Numbered from the stretch's first letter, positions 21,601 through 31,190 are shown. The stretch is DNA of 33,204 nucleotides from Chloroflexota bacterium (GCA_046096285.1 JBJTKE010000670.1:1-33204); one strand, 5' to 3'. The notes: generated by a model not told the origin, from the letters alone. Made by a program: numbers and translations.

Positions 21601-22728
21601 GTGACCGACATTGCCGCGCCTCGCGCTGCGCTGGTTTTCGACGATCGCTACCTCGCCCACAACACCGGGCTCTGGCTGGTCGAGGACCAGCGGCCCTTTC
21701 CCTTCGCCGACCCCGTACCTCACGTGTCCGGGCCGGGCCTCGTCGGCCGCCCGAAGCACCTCATGGACTTCCACGGCATCACGGACCGCATGGTCCGGGT
21801 CGACGCCGTCTCCGCCACCGACGAGCAGTTGCTCGTCTATCACACCTCCCGCCATCTCAAGCGGGTGGCCGCGCTTTCCGCGGGCGCCGGCGGCGACACC
21901 GGCAAGGGCGCTCCCATGGGGCCCGGCGGCGAACGGATCGCCCGCCTTGCCGCGGGCGGCGCCATCGCTGCCGTCGATGCCGTGATGGGCGGCCGCGCCC
22001 GTTCCGCCTATGCGCTGGTGCGCCCTCCGGGCCACCACGCCATGGCCAACCACGGCATGGGCTTCTGCGTCTTCAACAACGCCGTCATCGCCGCCCGGCA
22101 CGCGCAGCGGGCGCACCGCGCGCGGCGGGTGGCCGTGCTCGACTGGGATGTCCACCACGGCAACGGCACCCAGGACGCCTTCTGGCGCGACGACTCCGTG
22201 CTCTTCATCTCGCTCCACCAGGACGACCTCTATCCCGTCGGCTGGGGCGCAGCCGAGCACGTCGGCGAGGGTCCGGGCCTCGGCTTCACGGTCAACGTGC
22301 CGTTGCCCGCGGGCACCGGCAACGTCGGCTATGCCGTCGCCTACGACCGTATCGTCGTTCCCGTCGTCCGCCAGTTCGCGCCGGACCTCATCATCGTCTC
22401 CGCCGGGCAGGACGCCAGCATCATGGATCCGCTGGCCCGCATGAGCCTCACCCTCGACGGCTACCGCGCCATGACCCGCACCATGATGGACCTCGCCGAC
22501 GAGTGCTGCGACGGGCGCCTCGTCGTCAGCCAGGAGGGCGGCTACGCCGCGCAGTACGCGCCCTACTGCTCGGCCGCCATCGGCGAGACGCTGGTCGGCG
22601 CGGACCCCATCCCCGACCCCTACGGCGAGCGGGCGCGCACGCTTCCCGCCTCGCGGATCGCCGGGCTCGACTGCCGCGGCGCGGTCGAACTCGCCGCCTC
22701 GGTTCAGGCTCGGCACTGGTCGCTGTAG
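21601..22728 (+). CDS. histone deacetylase-family amidohydrolase (AcuC / acetylpolyamine amidohydrolase-like)
   Basis: ORF 21601..22728. GTG start follows an AGGAGG SD. Family motifs [26 protein letters not shown] and QEGGY. Confidence 0.9.
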   Translation: MTDIAAPRAALVFDDRYLAHNTGLWLVEDQRPFPFADPVPHVSGPGLVGRPKHLMDFHGITDRMVRVDAVSATDEQLLVYHTSRHLKRVAALSAGAGGDTGKGAPMGPGGERIARLAAGGAIAAVDAVMGGRARSAYALVRPPGHHAMANHGMGFCVFNNAVIAARHAQRAHRARRVAVLDWDVHHGNGTQDAFWRDDSVLFISLHQDDLYPVGWGAAEHVGEGPGLGFTVNVPLPAGTGNVGYAVAYDRIVVPVVRQFAPDLIIVSAGQDASIMDPLARMSLTLDGYRAMTRTMMDLADECCDGRLVVSQEGGYAAQYAPYCSAAIGETLVGADPIPDPYGERARTLPASRIAGLDCRGAVELAASVQARHWSL

Positions 22729-22768
22729 CGGCGTTCCCGCGCGGCTGCCCCGGCCGGACGTGCCGCCC

Positions 22769-23848
22769 TCAGACGGGGTAGGGCACCCCGGTCTCGGCGG
22801 CGAGACCGCGCAGCGTCGCGGTGACCACGGGATCGAGCGTGATGCCGTCCACGGCGTGCCGGGCGTGCGCGGCGATTTCGGGATCGCCCGGCGCGAGCAC
22901 CGCCTCGTAGCCCGCGGCGGCCGAGGTCGCCCGCAGTTCGCCCAGCATCTGCCGGAGGTCGGCGGCGACCTCGTCCGGATCGCGGAAGGCGTCCACCCGC
23001 CACGCCATGAACCAGTGCCCGAGCCGCGAGCGGTCGTGGGTGCGGAACACGCTCGTCAGGTGGGTTCCCCACAGCGAGCCCGCCATCGGCCCGCACAGCG
23101 CGTCGACCAGCATGGCCAGCGAGTAGCCCTTGTGGCTGCCGGTGGCGTGATCGGCCCCGAGCGGCGTGAGGAAGGCGGCGGCGTGCGGGTCGTCGGTCAC
23201 CGCCCCGGATGAATCCAGCGCTACCCCGTGCGGCAGCGGCTTCTCCAGCCTGCGGGCGATCTCGATCTTGCCGTACGCCACCGAACTGGTGGCGAGATCG
23301 ACCACGAACGGCGGCTCGTCCGGCCCCAGCGGGACGCCGAAGGCGATCGGGTTGGTCCCGAACATCGGCTCTGCGCCGCCGGTCGGCACCACCAGCGGCC
23401 CGGCGTTGGTCATCGCCATGCCTGCCAGTCCGCGGCTCGTCGCCTGCAGCACGTAGCCGCCGGCGATCCCGAAATGGCTGCTGTTGCGGACCGTGGTCAT
23501 GCAGATGCCGGTGGCCTCGGCGCGCTCCACCGTCTGATCCATCGCCTCGGCGGCCAGCGCCAGCGCCAGCCCGCCGTTGGCGTCGAAGGCGAGCGTGGAG
23601 GGCGTCTCCCGCACCACGGTCAGTTCCGCCATTGGATCGACCAGCCCGGTGCGCACGGCCTTGACGTACAGGTGCAGCCGCGCCACCCCGTGCGATTGCA
23701 CGCCGCGCAGGTCCGATAGCACCAGCGCTTCGGCCGCCCGCCGGGCGCGGGGTGCGGGAATGCCGCACGAGGCCAGCACGCCCGCCGCGAAGTCGGTCAG
23801 CGGCCCGGCCATCACCGTCGAGGTTTCGGCGGGTTTCACGGATTCCAT
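22769..23848 (-). CDS. Ldh_2-family (malate/L-lactate/ureidoglycolate/sulfolactate-type) 2-hydroxyacid dehydrogenase
   Basis: ORF 22769..23848. N-terminal region LVLSDLRGVQSHGVARL, SSHFGIAGGY, and GSHKGYSLAMLVD are typical of the Ldh_2 family. An alternative start is 12 codons downstream. Confidence 0.85.
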   Translation of the reverse strand: MESVKPAETSTVMAGPLTDFAAGVLASCGIPAPRARRAAEALVLSDLRGVQSHGVARLHLYVKAVRTGLVDPMAELTVVRETPSTLAFDANGGLALALAAEAMDQTVERAEATGICMTTVRNSSHFGIAGGYVLQATSRGLAGMAMTNAGPLVVPTGGAEPMFGTNPIAFGVPLGPDEPPFVVDLATSSVAYGKIEIARRLEKPLPHGVALDSSGAVTDDPHAAAFLTPLGADHATGSHKGYSLAMLVDALCGPMAGSLWGTHLTSVFRTHDRSRLGHWFMAWRVDAFRDPDEVAADLRQMLGELRATSAAAGYEAVLAPGDPEIAAHARHAVDGITLDPVVTATLRGLAAETGVPYPV

Positions 23849-23982
23849 CGCGCGCTCCGCGGTCGCTCGGGTCAGAGGCCCGGATTATCGCCGAGGGCGC
23901 AGGCGCACGGGCGGCGGGGCGGTCCTGCGCGGTCCGGGCGGGGCGCCCGGCCGGCGAAACCGCGAGCCTCCGCCCGCGAGCG

Positions 23983-24351
23983 TCAGAGCGTGATGATGTG
24001 ATCCGGCGGATTGCCGGCGAGCGCCCCGTAGAGGTCGGGGAAGCATCCGACGTGGACGCCCTCGACCGTTCCCACCGGCTGATACCCGCCACCCGCCTTC
24101 GGCTCGGCGAGATTGCGCTCGCTGGCGCACTGGTCGCACAGCATCAGCAGGATGCCCTGCTCCCTCGCCACCTTCGCGAGGCGCTCGCCGAGCGGGTCGC
24201 CCTTGCGCAGGGCGAAGGTGTTGTCGTCGAAGAACATCATCCCGACCACCTCGACGCCGTGGTTGCCGGCCTCGAGCTGCGGCAGGATCATCTTCCCGAG
24301 CTTGTAGGACACGGTGTGCCCCGAGGTGCTGAAGACGTACGCGACCTTCAT
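23983..24351 (-). CDS. DsrE/DsrF/TusD-fold small protein (122 aa)
   Basis: Last 122 aa of ORF 23983..25209. ATG 24351 overlaps the permease stop (ATGA) and follows GGGAGA. MKVAYVFSTSG N-terminus and a conserved-Cys segment LMLCDQCASERNL resemble the DsrE/TusD C-x3-A-x2-R motif. Confidence 0.55.
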   Translation of the reverse strand: MKVAYVFSTSGHTVSYKLGKMILPQLEAGNHGVEVVGMMFFDDNTFALRKGDPLGERLAKVAREQGILLMLCDQCASERNLAEPKAGGGYQPVGTVEGVHVGCFPDLYGALAGNPPDHIITL

Positions 24352-25298
24352 CCAGATTCTCCCGAGCGATGCGCGCCGGGGTCCGTCCCCGACTGGAGCG
24401 CCAGTTGCTCGTCCGGGAAAGCATCCCGCTCGGGGTGGGGATGGTGGAGTGCGCGGGCTACCCGGGTCGTGATCAGTCCGGAGCGCGGCGAGAACAGCAG
24501 CGCGACGGCGAACAGCAGCGTCGCCACCAGCACGACGCTGGCCCCCGAGGCGATCCCCGCGTAGTAGGAGACGTACAACCCGACCGCGCCGGACAGCGCG
24601 CCGATGGCGGCCGCAAGCCCCACGGTCACCGGCAACCGGTCCGTCAGCAGGCGCGCGGTGGCGGCAGGGGTCACCAGCATGGCCAGCACGAGAATGTTGC
24701 CGACGGTCTGCAGCGACACCACGATCGCCAGCGACAGCAACAGCAGGAACATCTGGTCCCATGCCCACAGGTTCATCCCGACCGAGGCGGCGAACGTCCG
24801 GTCGAACGCGGCCGTCACCAGTTCCCGCCGGAACAGCAGCATCGCCACCAGCACAGCCGCCCCGATCCCCGCCGACAGCAGCAGATCGCGCGTGCTGACG
24901 CCGAGGATGCTCCCGAACAGGAACGTGGTGACGTCCCGTGCATAGGTCTTCTGCATCGAGATGATCGCCACCCCGAGCGCGAACGCCCCGGCGAACAACA
25001 CCCCGATGGCGGTGTCGTTGGACAGCCGCCCGGACTGCGCCACCAGCCCGATTCCGAGTGAGACGACCGTCGCCGCGATCAGCGCGCCGACCAGATAGTT
25101 TCCGCCCAGCACGAAGGCGATCACCACCCCCGGGAAGATGGCGTGGGCGAGCGCATCGCCCATGAACGCCAGCCCGCGCAGGGTGACGAACGTGCCGATC
25201 ACGCCGCAAATCACGCCCACGATGAGGATCGCCAGCATCGCGTGCTGCATGAACGTGTGGCGCAGGGGGTCGGCGAGCAGGCCGAACAGGTCGGCCAT
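24348..25298 (-). CDS. metal (Zn/Mn/Fe-type, ABC-3 family) ABC transporter permease
   Basis: C-terminal 316 aa of ORF 24348..26099. ATG at 25298. Highly hydrophobic; segments such as FMQHAMLAILIVGVICGVIGTFVTLRGLAFMGDALAHAIFPGVV are typical of ZnuB/MntB/TroC permeases. The tail contains HHPHPE. Confidence 0.9.
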   Translation of the reverse strand: MADLFGLLADPLRHTFMQHAMLAILIVGVICGVIGTFVTLRGLAFMGDALAHAIFPGVVIAFVLGGNYLVGALIAATVVSLGIGLVAQSGRLSNDTAIGVLFAGAFALGVAIISMQKTYARDVTTFLFGSILGVSTRDLLLSAGIGAAVLVAMLLFRRELVTAAFDRTFAASVGMNLWAWDQMFLLLLSLAIVVSLQTVGNILVLAMLVTPAATARLLTDRLPVTVGLAAAIGALSGAVGLYVSYYAGIASGASVVLVATLLFAVALLFSPRSGLITTRVARALHHPHPERDAFPDEQLALQSGTDPGAHRSGESG

Positions 25299-26041
25299 CA
25301 GGCGGCGGCCCCCACGGGCGGCACGACCGCCTGCCCGCCGAACGCGGCGCGCAGGTTCTCCGCCGTCATGGTGCTCGCTGGCGGCCCTTCGGCCACCACC
25401 TTGCGGTTCAGCAGCAGCACCCGGTCCGAGGTCGCCGCCGCCAGCGCGAGGTCGTGCGTGGCGTAGATGATCGTTTTCCCCTCGCGGGCCAATCCGGCGA
25501 ACAGGTCCACCAGCAGGCCCTGCGTCGGCACATCGACGCCGGTGAACGGCTCGTCCAGCAGGTAGACATCGCCCTGTTGCAACAGCGCGCGCGCGAGGAA
25601 CACCCGCTGCTGCTGCCCGCCGGAAAGCTGGCCGATCTGCACGCCTGCGAGGCGCTTCATGCCCACCGCCTCGAGCGCGCCGAGCGCGGCATCGCGGTCG
25701 GCCCCGGCCAGCGGGCGGAACCGGGAGCGATGCAGCCCGACGCCCATCAGCGTGACGTCGAGCACTGAAATGGGGAAGGACCAGTCGACCGCCGAGCGCT
25801 GCGGCACGTAGACGACCCTGCTGCAGGGGCAGGTGACCGGCTCCCCGTCCAGCAGGACGCGGCCGTGCGTGGGAGGCAGCATCCCGGCGATCGCCTTCAG
25901 AAGGGTGGACTTGCCGGCCCCGTTCGGGCCCAGCACGCTGGTGGTTTGCCCGGCCTCGAAGCGGACATCGACTGTGTCGAGCGCCGACCGGTCGCCGAAA
26001 TGGACGGAGAGCGCTTCGGTCTGGATGCGGGCTGGGTTCAC
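25298..26041 (-). CDS. metal ABC transporter ATP-binding protein
   Basis: C-terminal 247 aa of ORF 25298..27388, with a GTG start at 26041. Walker A GPNGAGKST, signature LSGGQQQR, Walker B YLLDEPFTGVD. Its stop overlaps the permease ATG by 1 nt (TGATG). Confidence 0.9.
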   Translation of the reverse strand: MNPARIQTEALSVHFGDRSALDTVDVRFEAGQTTSVLGPNGAGKSTLLKAIAGMLPPTHGRVLLDGEPVTCPCSRVVYVPQRSAVDWSFPISVLDVTLMGVGLHRSRFRPLAGADRDAALGALEAVGMKRLAGVQIGQLSGGQQQRVFLARALLQQGDVYLLDEPFTGVDVPTQGLLVDLFAGLAREGKTIIYATHDLALAAATSDRVLLLNRKVVAEGPPASTMTAENLRAAFGGQAVVPPVGAAA

Positions 26042-26170
26042 CGGGGGCTCCGCAGGCGTCGGGGAGGAAGCAACGGGTGGCAAGGGTAGCACAGCCCATT
26101 CCACGGCCCGCGCGGCCTGTGGAGCGGCGGGGCGGTTGTGGCGTATGCTCCGGGGAGAGCGGAGGGGCCG

Positions 26171-28804
26171 ATGGCGATCTCGCGGGCGCAAACCAATCCT
26201 GCAGGTCACGGGCGCGGCGTCGACTGGGCGGGCGTGCTCCGGTTCCTCCTTCTCGTGTTCCTCGCCACGCTGCTCGCGCCCGCGGCCTTCCCGGGCGATG
26301 CCCGGGCGCAGGAGCGGTCCGTCGAGTGGACCGGTTTCGACGTCGAACTGCAACTTCAGCCCGATGGGTCCTTTCGCGTCCGCGAGGTGCAGGAGGTGGC
26401 CTTCAGCGGCGGCCCCTTCCGACAGGGCTTCGCCGACATCCCGATGGGCCGCGTGGAAAGCATCTCCAATATCGCCGTCGGCGAACTCGACGGCGACCGG
26501 TTGACGCCGTACCAGCAGGTGCGGTCCGACCGGTTCTCCCGTGACCGTCCGGGCACGTTCGCGGTGACGGTCGAGCAGTCGGTGGCCCGCATCGACTGGG
26601 CGATGCCCGTCGCCAGCGACGAAATCCGCACCTTCCAGATCGACTACGAGGTCACTGGCGGTCTTCGCGTCTATGCGGCCGAGCGCGGGACCGGCTCGCG
26701 CGCCAGCGAGCAGGTGCGGTGGAGCGCCGTCGGCGGCGAGGGGACCGACCTTGCGCCCGTGCGCCGGGCTTCCATGACGATCGTGCTGCCAGAGTCGGTG
26801 GGCCTCAACGACGTCGGGTTCCTCCCCGAGGATACGCCGCCCGCCGTCTCGGACGATGGCCGCACATATCGCTGGGAGCGGCGCAGCCTGGGCCGGGGCG
26901 AGCAATGGGAGGTCGCGCTGGCCTTCCCGCCGATGATCGGCCTGCCCCCGCCTGCCTGGCAGCAAACCGTGGACCGCCAGGCCGCGGAGGAGAAGGCCCG
27001 CAGCGAAAGCCAGCAGGTGTGGAAAGCGCTCTTCCTCGGCGCCGGGGTGTTGCTGGCGCTCGGCGGCGGCCTCGGCATCTTCGGGGCCTGGTACTTCAAG
27101 GGCCGCGATCCCGACCCGGGGCCGATGCCTGACTACATCGCCCAACCGCCGGACGACCTGCCCGCGGGCGCGGTCGGCGCGCTGGTCGACGAGGACGTCG
27201 ACGAGCACGACGTCATCGCCGCCGTGGCCGACCTCGGGCGCCGGGGCGTGATGACCATCCAGGAGACCACCTCCCGCATGCCTGCCTTCCTCGGCGGCGG
27301 CAACGACTTCCTGCTCACCCTGCGCGATCCCTCCGTTCCGGTGACGCCGTTCGAGACCCGGATGCTGACCGCGTTCTTCGGCCGCCAACTCGAACCCGGC
27401 GAGACCGTCAAGATGAGCGAGGCGCGCGAGCGGTTCGGGCTTGCCCTGCCGGGCATCCGGGAGGCCATGTACCAGGAACTGGTGACGCGCGGGTACTTCA
27501 CCCGGTCGCCGGAGAAGACCCGCAGCGGCTGGAAGCGGGCCGGCGGGTTGCTGGTCTTCCTCTCCCTGCTCGCCGGATGCTTCCTGCTCGGCACGATGGT
27601 CGATCTCTCGGAGTGGGTTGAGATCCCGGTCATCGTCGTGGTCGCCCTCGGCCTGACGCTGATGCTGCTAGCCCGGGCGATGCCCCGCAAGACCGACAGG
27701 GGGGCCGATTCCGCGGGCCGCTGGCGGGCGTTCGAGACCTACCTGCGGGACATCGAGAAGTACGAGGACCTGGGCCAGGCGAAAGCCCTGTTCGAGCAGT
27801 ACCTCCCCTTCGCCATCGCCTTCGGGATGGAGAAGGACTGGGTCCGCAAGTTCGCCGCGGCCAACGCACCCGCGCCGAGCTGGTATGGCGGCTTCGGCAC
27901 CGACCCGACCTGGGGTCCGTGGCGCGGCCCCGGCGGTTCGGTGATCGTGGTCCACGACGGTGACCGCGGCGGCTTCGGCGGCGGTCTGTTTGGCGGAGGC
28001 GGCGGCGCGCCCGCCCGCGATACCCCCGTCGGCGGCTGGAATGAGTCCGGCGGCGGCTTCCAGGGCATGAGCGATTCCATGAGCCGCTCGCTCGCTGGCG
28101 CAAGCGGCGGCCTGTTCGACCTCTTCGATGGCGCGAGCCGCAGCTTCGGCGGCGGCGGCGGGTCCAGCATCGACTGGGGGTCGTTCGGCGGCGGCGGCGG
28201 CGGGTTTGGCGGCGGTGGCGGCGGCGGCCGCGGGTTCAGCGAGGATGCACCGCAGATGAACGCCGCTCCTGCCCTACGCGATCCGGCGCCGGTGCACTGC
28301 TCCTACCACCCGCAGGTGGAGACCCTGCTGCGCTGCTCCCGCTGCGGCAAGCCGATCTGCCCCCGGTGCGGCGTGCGCACCCCGGTCGGCATGCGCTGCC
28401 CGGATTGCGCCGGCGTGGCGAAGCAGGTGCTGCCGCTCGGCGCGGCCGGTCTGCTGCGGGCGCTTGCGTTCGGCCTTGCCGTGGCCCTGCCGATCGGCCT
28501 GCTGATGGGCATCGCCCCGCGCTGGGACTTCTACCTCGGGCTCGTGCTCGGCTTCGGCGCGGCCGAAATGGTGGCGCGAGCCGTGCCCGGCCGCACCGGA
28601 CCGGACATGCAGGCCATCGCGGTGCTGGCGGTGCTCGCCGCGCTGCTGTTGAGCCGCTTCGTGACCGCGGCCACCCTCGGCGTTTCCCTCGCCGACCTCG
28701 ACCTCATGCGGCCGCAGGTGCAGAAGGCGCTCCACCTGCGGCCGCTGCCGGACCTCGTTTTCGCGGCCATCCCGCTCATCATCGCCATCTTCCGGTTCCG
28801 GTAG
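26171..28804 (+). CDS. DUF2207-family membrane protein fused in frame to a B-box-like zinc-ribbon plus multi-TM module
   Basis: ORF 26138..28804. ATG 26171 follows GGAGGGG. Signal/TM sequence, then a DUF2207-like ectodomain (ERSVEWTGFDVELQLQPDGSFRVREVQEVAF), TM helices, and the Gly-rich tail typical of the family. The frame then continues without a stop into HCSYHPQVETLLRCSRCGKPICPRCGVRTPVGMRCPDC plus 3-4 TM helices. Confidence 0.75.
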   Translation: MAISRAQTNPAGHGRGVDWAGVLRFLLLVFLATLLAPAAFPGDARAQERSVEWTGFDVELQLQPDGSFRVREVQEVAFSGGPFRQGFADIPMGRVESISNIAVGELDGDRLTPYQQVRSDRFSRDRPGTFAVTVEQSVARIDWAMPVASDEIRTFQIDYEVTGGLRVYAAERGTGSRASEQVRWSAVGGEGTDLAPVRRASMTIVLPESVGLNDVGFLPEDTPPAVSDDGRTYRWERRSLGRGEQWEVALAFPPMIGLPPPAWQQTVDRQAAEEKARSESQQVWKALFLGAGVLLALGGGLGIFGAWYFKGRDPDPGPMPDYIAQPPDDLPAGAVGALVDEDVDEHDVIAAVADLGRRGVMTIQETTSRMPAFLGGGNDFLLTLRDPSVPVTPFETRMLTAFFGRQLEPGETVKMSEARERFGLALPGIREAMYQELVTRGYFTRSPEKTRSGWKRAGGLLVFLSLLAGCFLLGTMVDLSEWVEIPVIVVVALGLTLMLLARAMPRKTDRGADSAGRWRAFETYLRDIEKYEDLGQAKALFEQYLPFAIAFGMEKDWVRKFAAANAPAPSWYGGFGTDPTWGPWRGPGGSVIVVHDGDRGGFGGGLFGGGGGAPARDTPVGGWNESGGGFQGMSDSMSRSLAGASGGLFDLFDGASRSFGGGGGSSIDWGSFGGGGGGFGGGGGGGRGFSEDAPQMNAAPALRDPAPVHCSYHPQVETLLRCSRCGKPICPRCGVRTPVGMRCPDCAGVAKQVLPLGAAGLLRALAFGLAVALPIGLLMGIAPRWDFYLGLVLGFGAAEMVARAVPGRTGPDMQAIAVLAVLAALLLSRFVTAATLGVSLADLDLMRPQVQKALHLRPLPDLVFAAIPLIIAIFRFR
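28148..28230 (+). repeat. low-complexity (GGC)n-rich tract encoding poly-Gly (GGGGGSS...GGGGGFGGGGGGG)
   Basis: Direct reading of runs of ggc/ggt/ggg codons inside the DUF2207 gene. Gly-rich segments begin from about 27960. Confidence 0.7.
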
Positions 28805-28932
28805 TTCGGGCCGGGACCCAGTCGATGCGGACCGGATCTGCCAGGCGCAGGCGGCGCTCCCTTCCTGCCGCCCGGAGTTGGCCCGCCCGGCCGGCCTGCG
28901 ACCGGGCACGCGCCGCTCCGGGCGCCGCGCCG

Positions 28933-30162
28933 CTACTGCACCACGCGCAGCGTCGGCGGCCGGTCCTGCGGCCACTTGCGCCCGACGAAGACCTCGCCCA
29001 TGCGGTGCGCCTCGTTCCACACCTCGCGGATGGGAACGTCGGCGGACCGGGCGAGGGCGAGGCAGTCGTCGTACTCCGGCGCGGCGTCGATCACTCGGCC
29101 CCGCCAGCCCCGGAGCTTGAGTCGCACGTCGCCCCAGCGGGTGGTCACCGTCTCGAACCGGCGCGCCGCCCGGGTGCGGTCGACCGGCGCCGCCCTGACG
29201 CCAAGCGTCGTGCTCTGCTCGATCAGCGTGTCCTCGATCGCTGCCCGCTGGTCCGCCGCGCACAATGCCGACACGGTGACCGCGGGCCGGCCCTTCTTCA
29301 TCGTGATCGGGGTGATCCAGGCGTCGAGCGCCCCCGCCGCGAACAGCCGCTCCATCAGCAACTCGATGAACTGCGGATTCATGTCGTCGACGTTCGTTTC
29401 CAGCACCAACTCGGCGTCGCCCTCGGCTTCCGCCGCGGTCTCGCCCAGCCAGACCCGCAACGCATTCGGCCACGGCAACTCCCGGCTGCCGAAGCCGTAT
29501 CCCACTGCCGACGGCGTGAACGCCGGCCGCCGGAACGCCGCGAGCTGGCACAGGATCGCCGCCCCGGTCGGCGTCAGCAGTTCCCCCGGAGGTGCGGGTT
29601 CGCCGCTCGGCGGCGCAGCCCGCGGGGCGGCCGCCTCGGCCAGCAGCCGCGCGGTTGCGGGCGCCGGAACCGGCAGCAGCCCGTGAGCCGCCCGGACCCA
29701 GCCCGCGCCGGCGGCCACCGGACCCGAGTAGACCTGCTCGATGCCGAGCGTCTGCAGCCCGATGCACGTGCCCACGATGTCCACGATGGCGTCGATGCCC
29801 CCGACCTCGTGGAAATGGACCGATTCCACCGGTTGCCCGTGGACCGCCGCCTCGGCGTTGGCGAGCCGCTCGAAAATGGCCAGCGCGGGTTCGCGCACCG
29901 CTGGCTCCAGCGACGATGAGCCGAGCATCTGGCGGATGTCCGCCCAGTTCCGGGAGGCCGCGTCATCGGTGGTTTCGACGATGCAGCGCACGCCGGACAC
30001 CCCATGCTGGCTGCTTGCCTCGGCGCGAATCTCCCAGCCCGTCACCGGCAATCGCGCCAGCCCGGACCGCAGCGCCTCCAGCGGCAACCCGGCGTCGAGC
30101 AGCGCGCCCAGCGTCATGTCGCCGCTGGCCCCCGAGAATGGATCGAAGTACGCGATCTTCAT
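28933..30162 (-). CDS. larC: LarC-family nickel insertion protein (DUF111; nickel-pincer cofactor biosynthesis)
   Basis: ORF 28933..30258. Start set at ATG 30162. N-terminus MKIAYFDPFSGASGDMTLGALLDAGL and the HFHEVGGIDAIVDIVG motif are characteristic of LarC/DUF111. Confidence 0.85.
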   Translation of the reverse strand: MKIAYFDPFSGASGDMTLGALLDAGLPLEALRSGLARLPVTGWEIRAEASSQHGVSGVRCIVETTDDAASRNWADIRQMLGSSSLEPAVREPALAIFERLANAEAAVHGQPVESVHFHEVGGIDAIVDIVGTCIGLQTLGIEQVYSGPVAAGAGWVRAAHGLLPVPAPATARLLAEAAAPRAAPPSGEPAPPGELLTPTGAAILCQLAAFRRPAFTPSAVGYGFGSRELPWPNALRVWLGETAAEAEGDAELVLETNVDDMNPQFIELLMERLFAAGALDAWITPITMKKGRPAVTVSALCAADQRAAIEDTLIEQSTTLGVRAAPVDRTRAARRFETVTTRWGDVRLKLRGWRGRVIDAAPEYDDCLALARSADVPIREVWNEAHRMGEVFVGRKWPQDRPPTLRVVQ

Positions 30163-30278
30163 GGCCCGCCTTTTTCGCGAATCCCGGCTCCGGCCCCGCC
30201 GCCGCTCTGGCGCCGGCCCGGGTGCTGCTGGTGCTACCATGCCGCATTCGTGCAGCATCGCATGGTGGAGGATGAAGC

Positions 30279-31190
30279 ATGAGCGCCACGACGCTCGCAG
30301 GCACCGCGGTCGCCCGGGGATTCGGCGGCCAGTCGATGAGCGCCCCGCTGCGCCGGGTGATGGTCCGCAAGCCCGCGGTCCCCAGCGGCCGGGCCGGCGA
30401 GGCCGCCGATTTCGGCTACCCGCGCGAGATCGACCACGCGCTCACGGTGCGCCAGCATGCCGCATTCTCCGCCCTGCTGGCCGGCGCTGGCGTCGACGTG
30501 ATCGAGCAGGGCCCGGACCAGACCGGCCTGCTGGATGGCATTTTCGCCTACGACCCCTCGTTCATGACCGACGCCGGCGCGATCCTCCTGCGCCTCGGCA
30601 AGGATCTCCGCCTGCCCGAGGTGCCCAACCACGAGGCGACCTACCGCGACCTCGGCATCCCGGTCATCGGCCGGATCGAGGCGCCCGGAACCGTGGACGG
30701 CGGCGACTGCCTCTGGCTCGACGAGCAGACCCTCGCCATCGGCCGCGGCTACCGCACCAACGACGCCGGCATCGACCAGATGCGCCGCATTCTCGCCCCG
30801 CACGGCGTGTCCGTGTTCCGCTCCGAACTCCCGCACTGGCACGGGGCCGGCGAGTGCCTGCACCTGATGAGTTTCATCAGTCCGGTCGCGCCTGACCTTG
30901 CCGTCGTCTACCTCCCGCTTATGGGCGTGCCTCTGGTCCAGGAATTGCGCCGACGCGGCATCGGGTTCATCGAGGTCCCGGATGAGGAGTTCGACACCCA
31001 CGGCTGCAACGTGCTGGCGCTTGCCCCGCGGAACGTGCTGGTGTGCGACGGCAGCCCGGTCACGCGCGGCCGGCTCGAGGCCGCCGGATGCGAGGTGCTG
31101 ATGTACGAGGGTTCAGAGATTTCCCACAACCGGGCTGGCGGCCCCACCTGCCTCACCCGGCCCATCCTGCGCGAGACCTCGCGGGTATAG
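30279..31190 (+). CDS. amidinotransferase-fold enzyme (dimethylarginine dimethylaminohydrolase / arginine deiminase-like)
   Basis: ORF 30279..31190. ATG 8 nt after GGAGG. VMVRKP N-terminal motif, GECLHLMS, and the C-terminal catalytic-Cys motif GGPTCLTRPI. Confidence 0.8.
   Translation: MSATTLAGTAVARGFGGQSMSAPLRRVMVRKPAVPSGRAGEAADFGYPREIDHALTVRQHAAFSALLAGAGVDVIEQGPDQTGLLDGIFAYDPSFMTDAGAILLRLGKDLRLPEVPNHEATYRDLGIPVIGRIEAPGTVDGGDCLWLDEQTLAIGRGYRTNDAGIDQMRRILAPHGVSVFRSELPHWHGAGECLHLMSFISPVAPDLAVVYLPLMGVPLVQELRRRGIGFIEVPDEEFDTHGCNVLALAPRNVLVCDGSPVTRGRLEAAGCEVLMYEGSEISHNRAGGPTCLTRPILRETSRV

Noticed and set aside
26042-26170. Zur/MntR/TroR-type metalloregulator box upstream of the metal ABC operon
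   Set aside because: No AT-rich palindrome or other recognisable dyad lies in the 129-nt divergent region.
28256-28804. Annotating the B-box/TM module as a separate gene
   Set aside because: No stop codon separates it from the DUF2207 reading frame, so the upstream ORF necessarily reads through. It is reported as a fusion with possible internal initiation.
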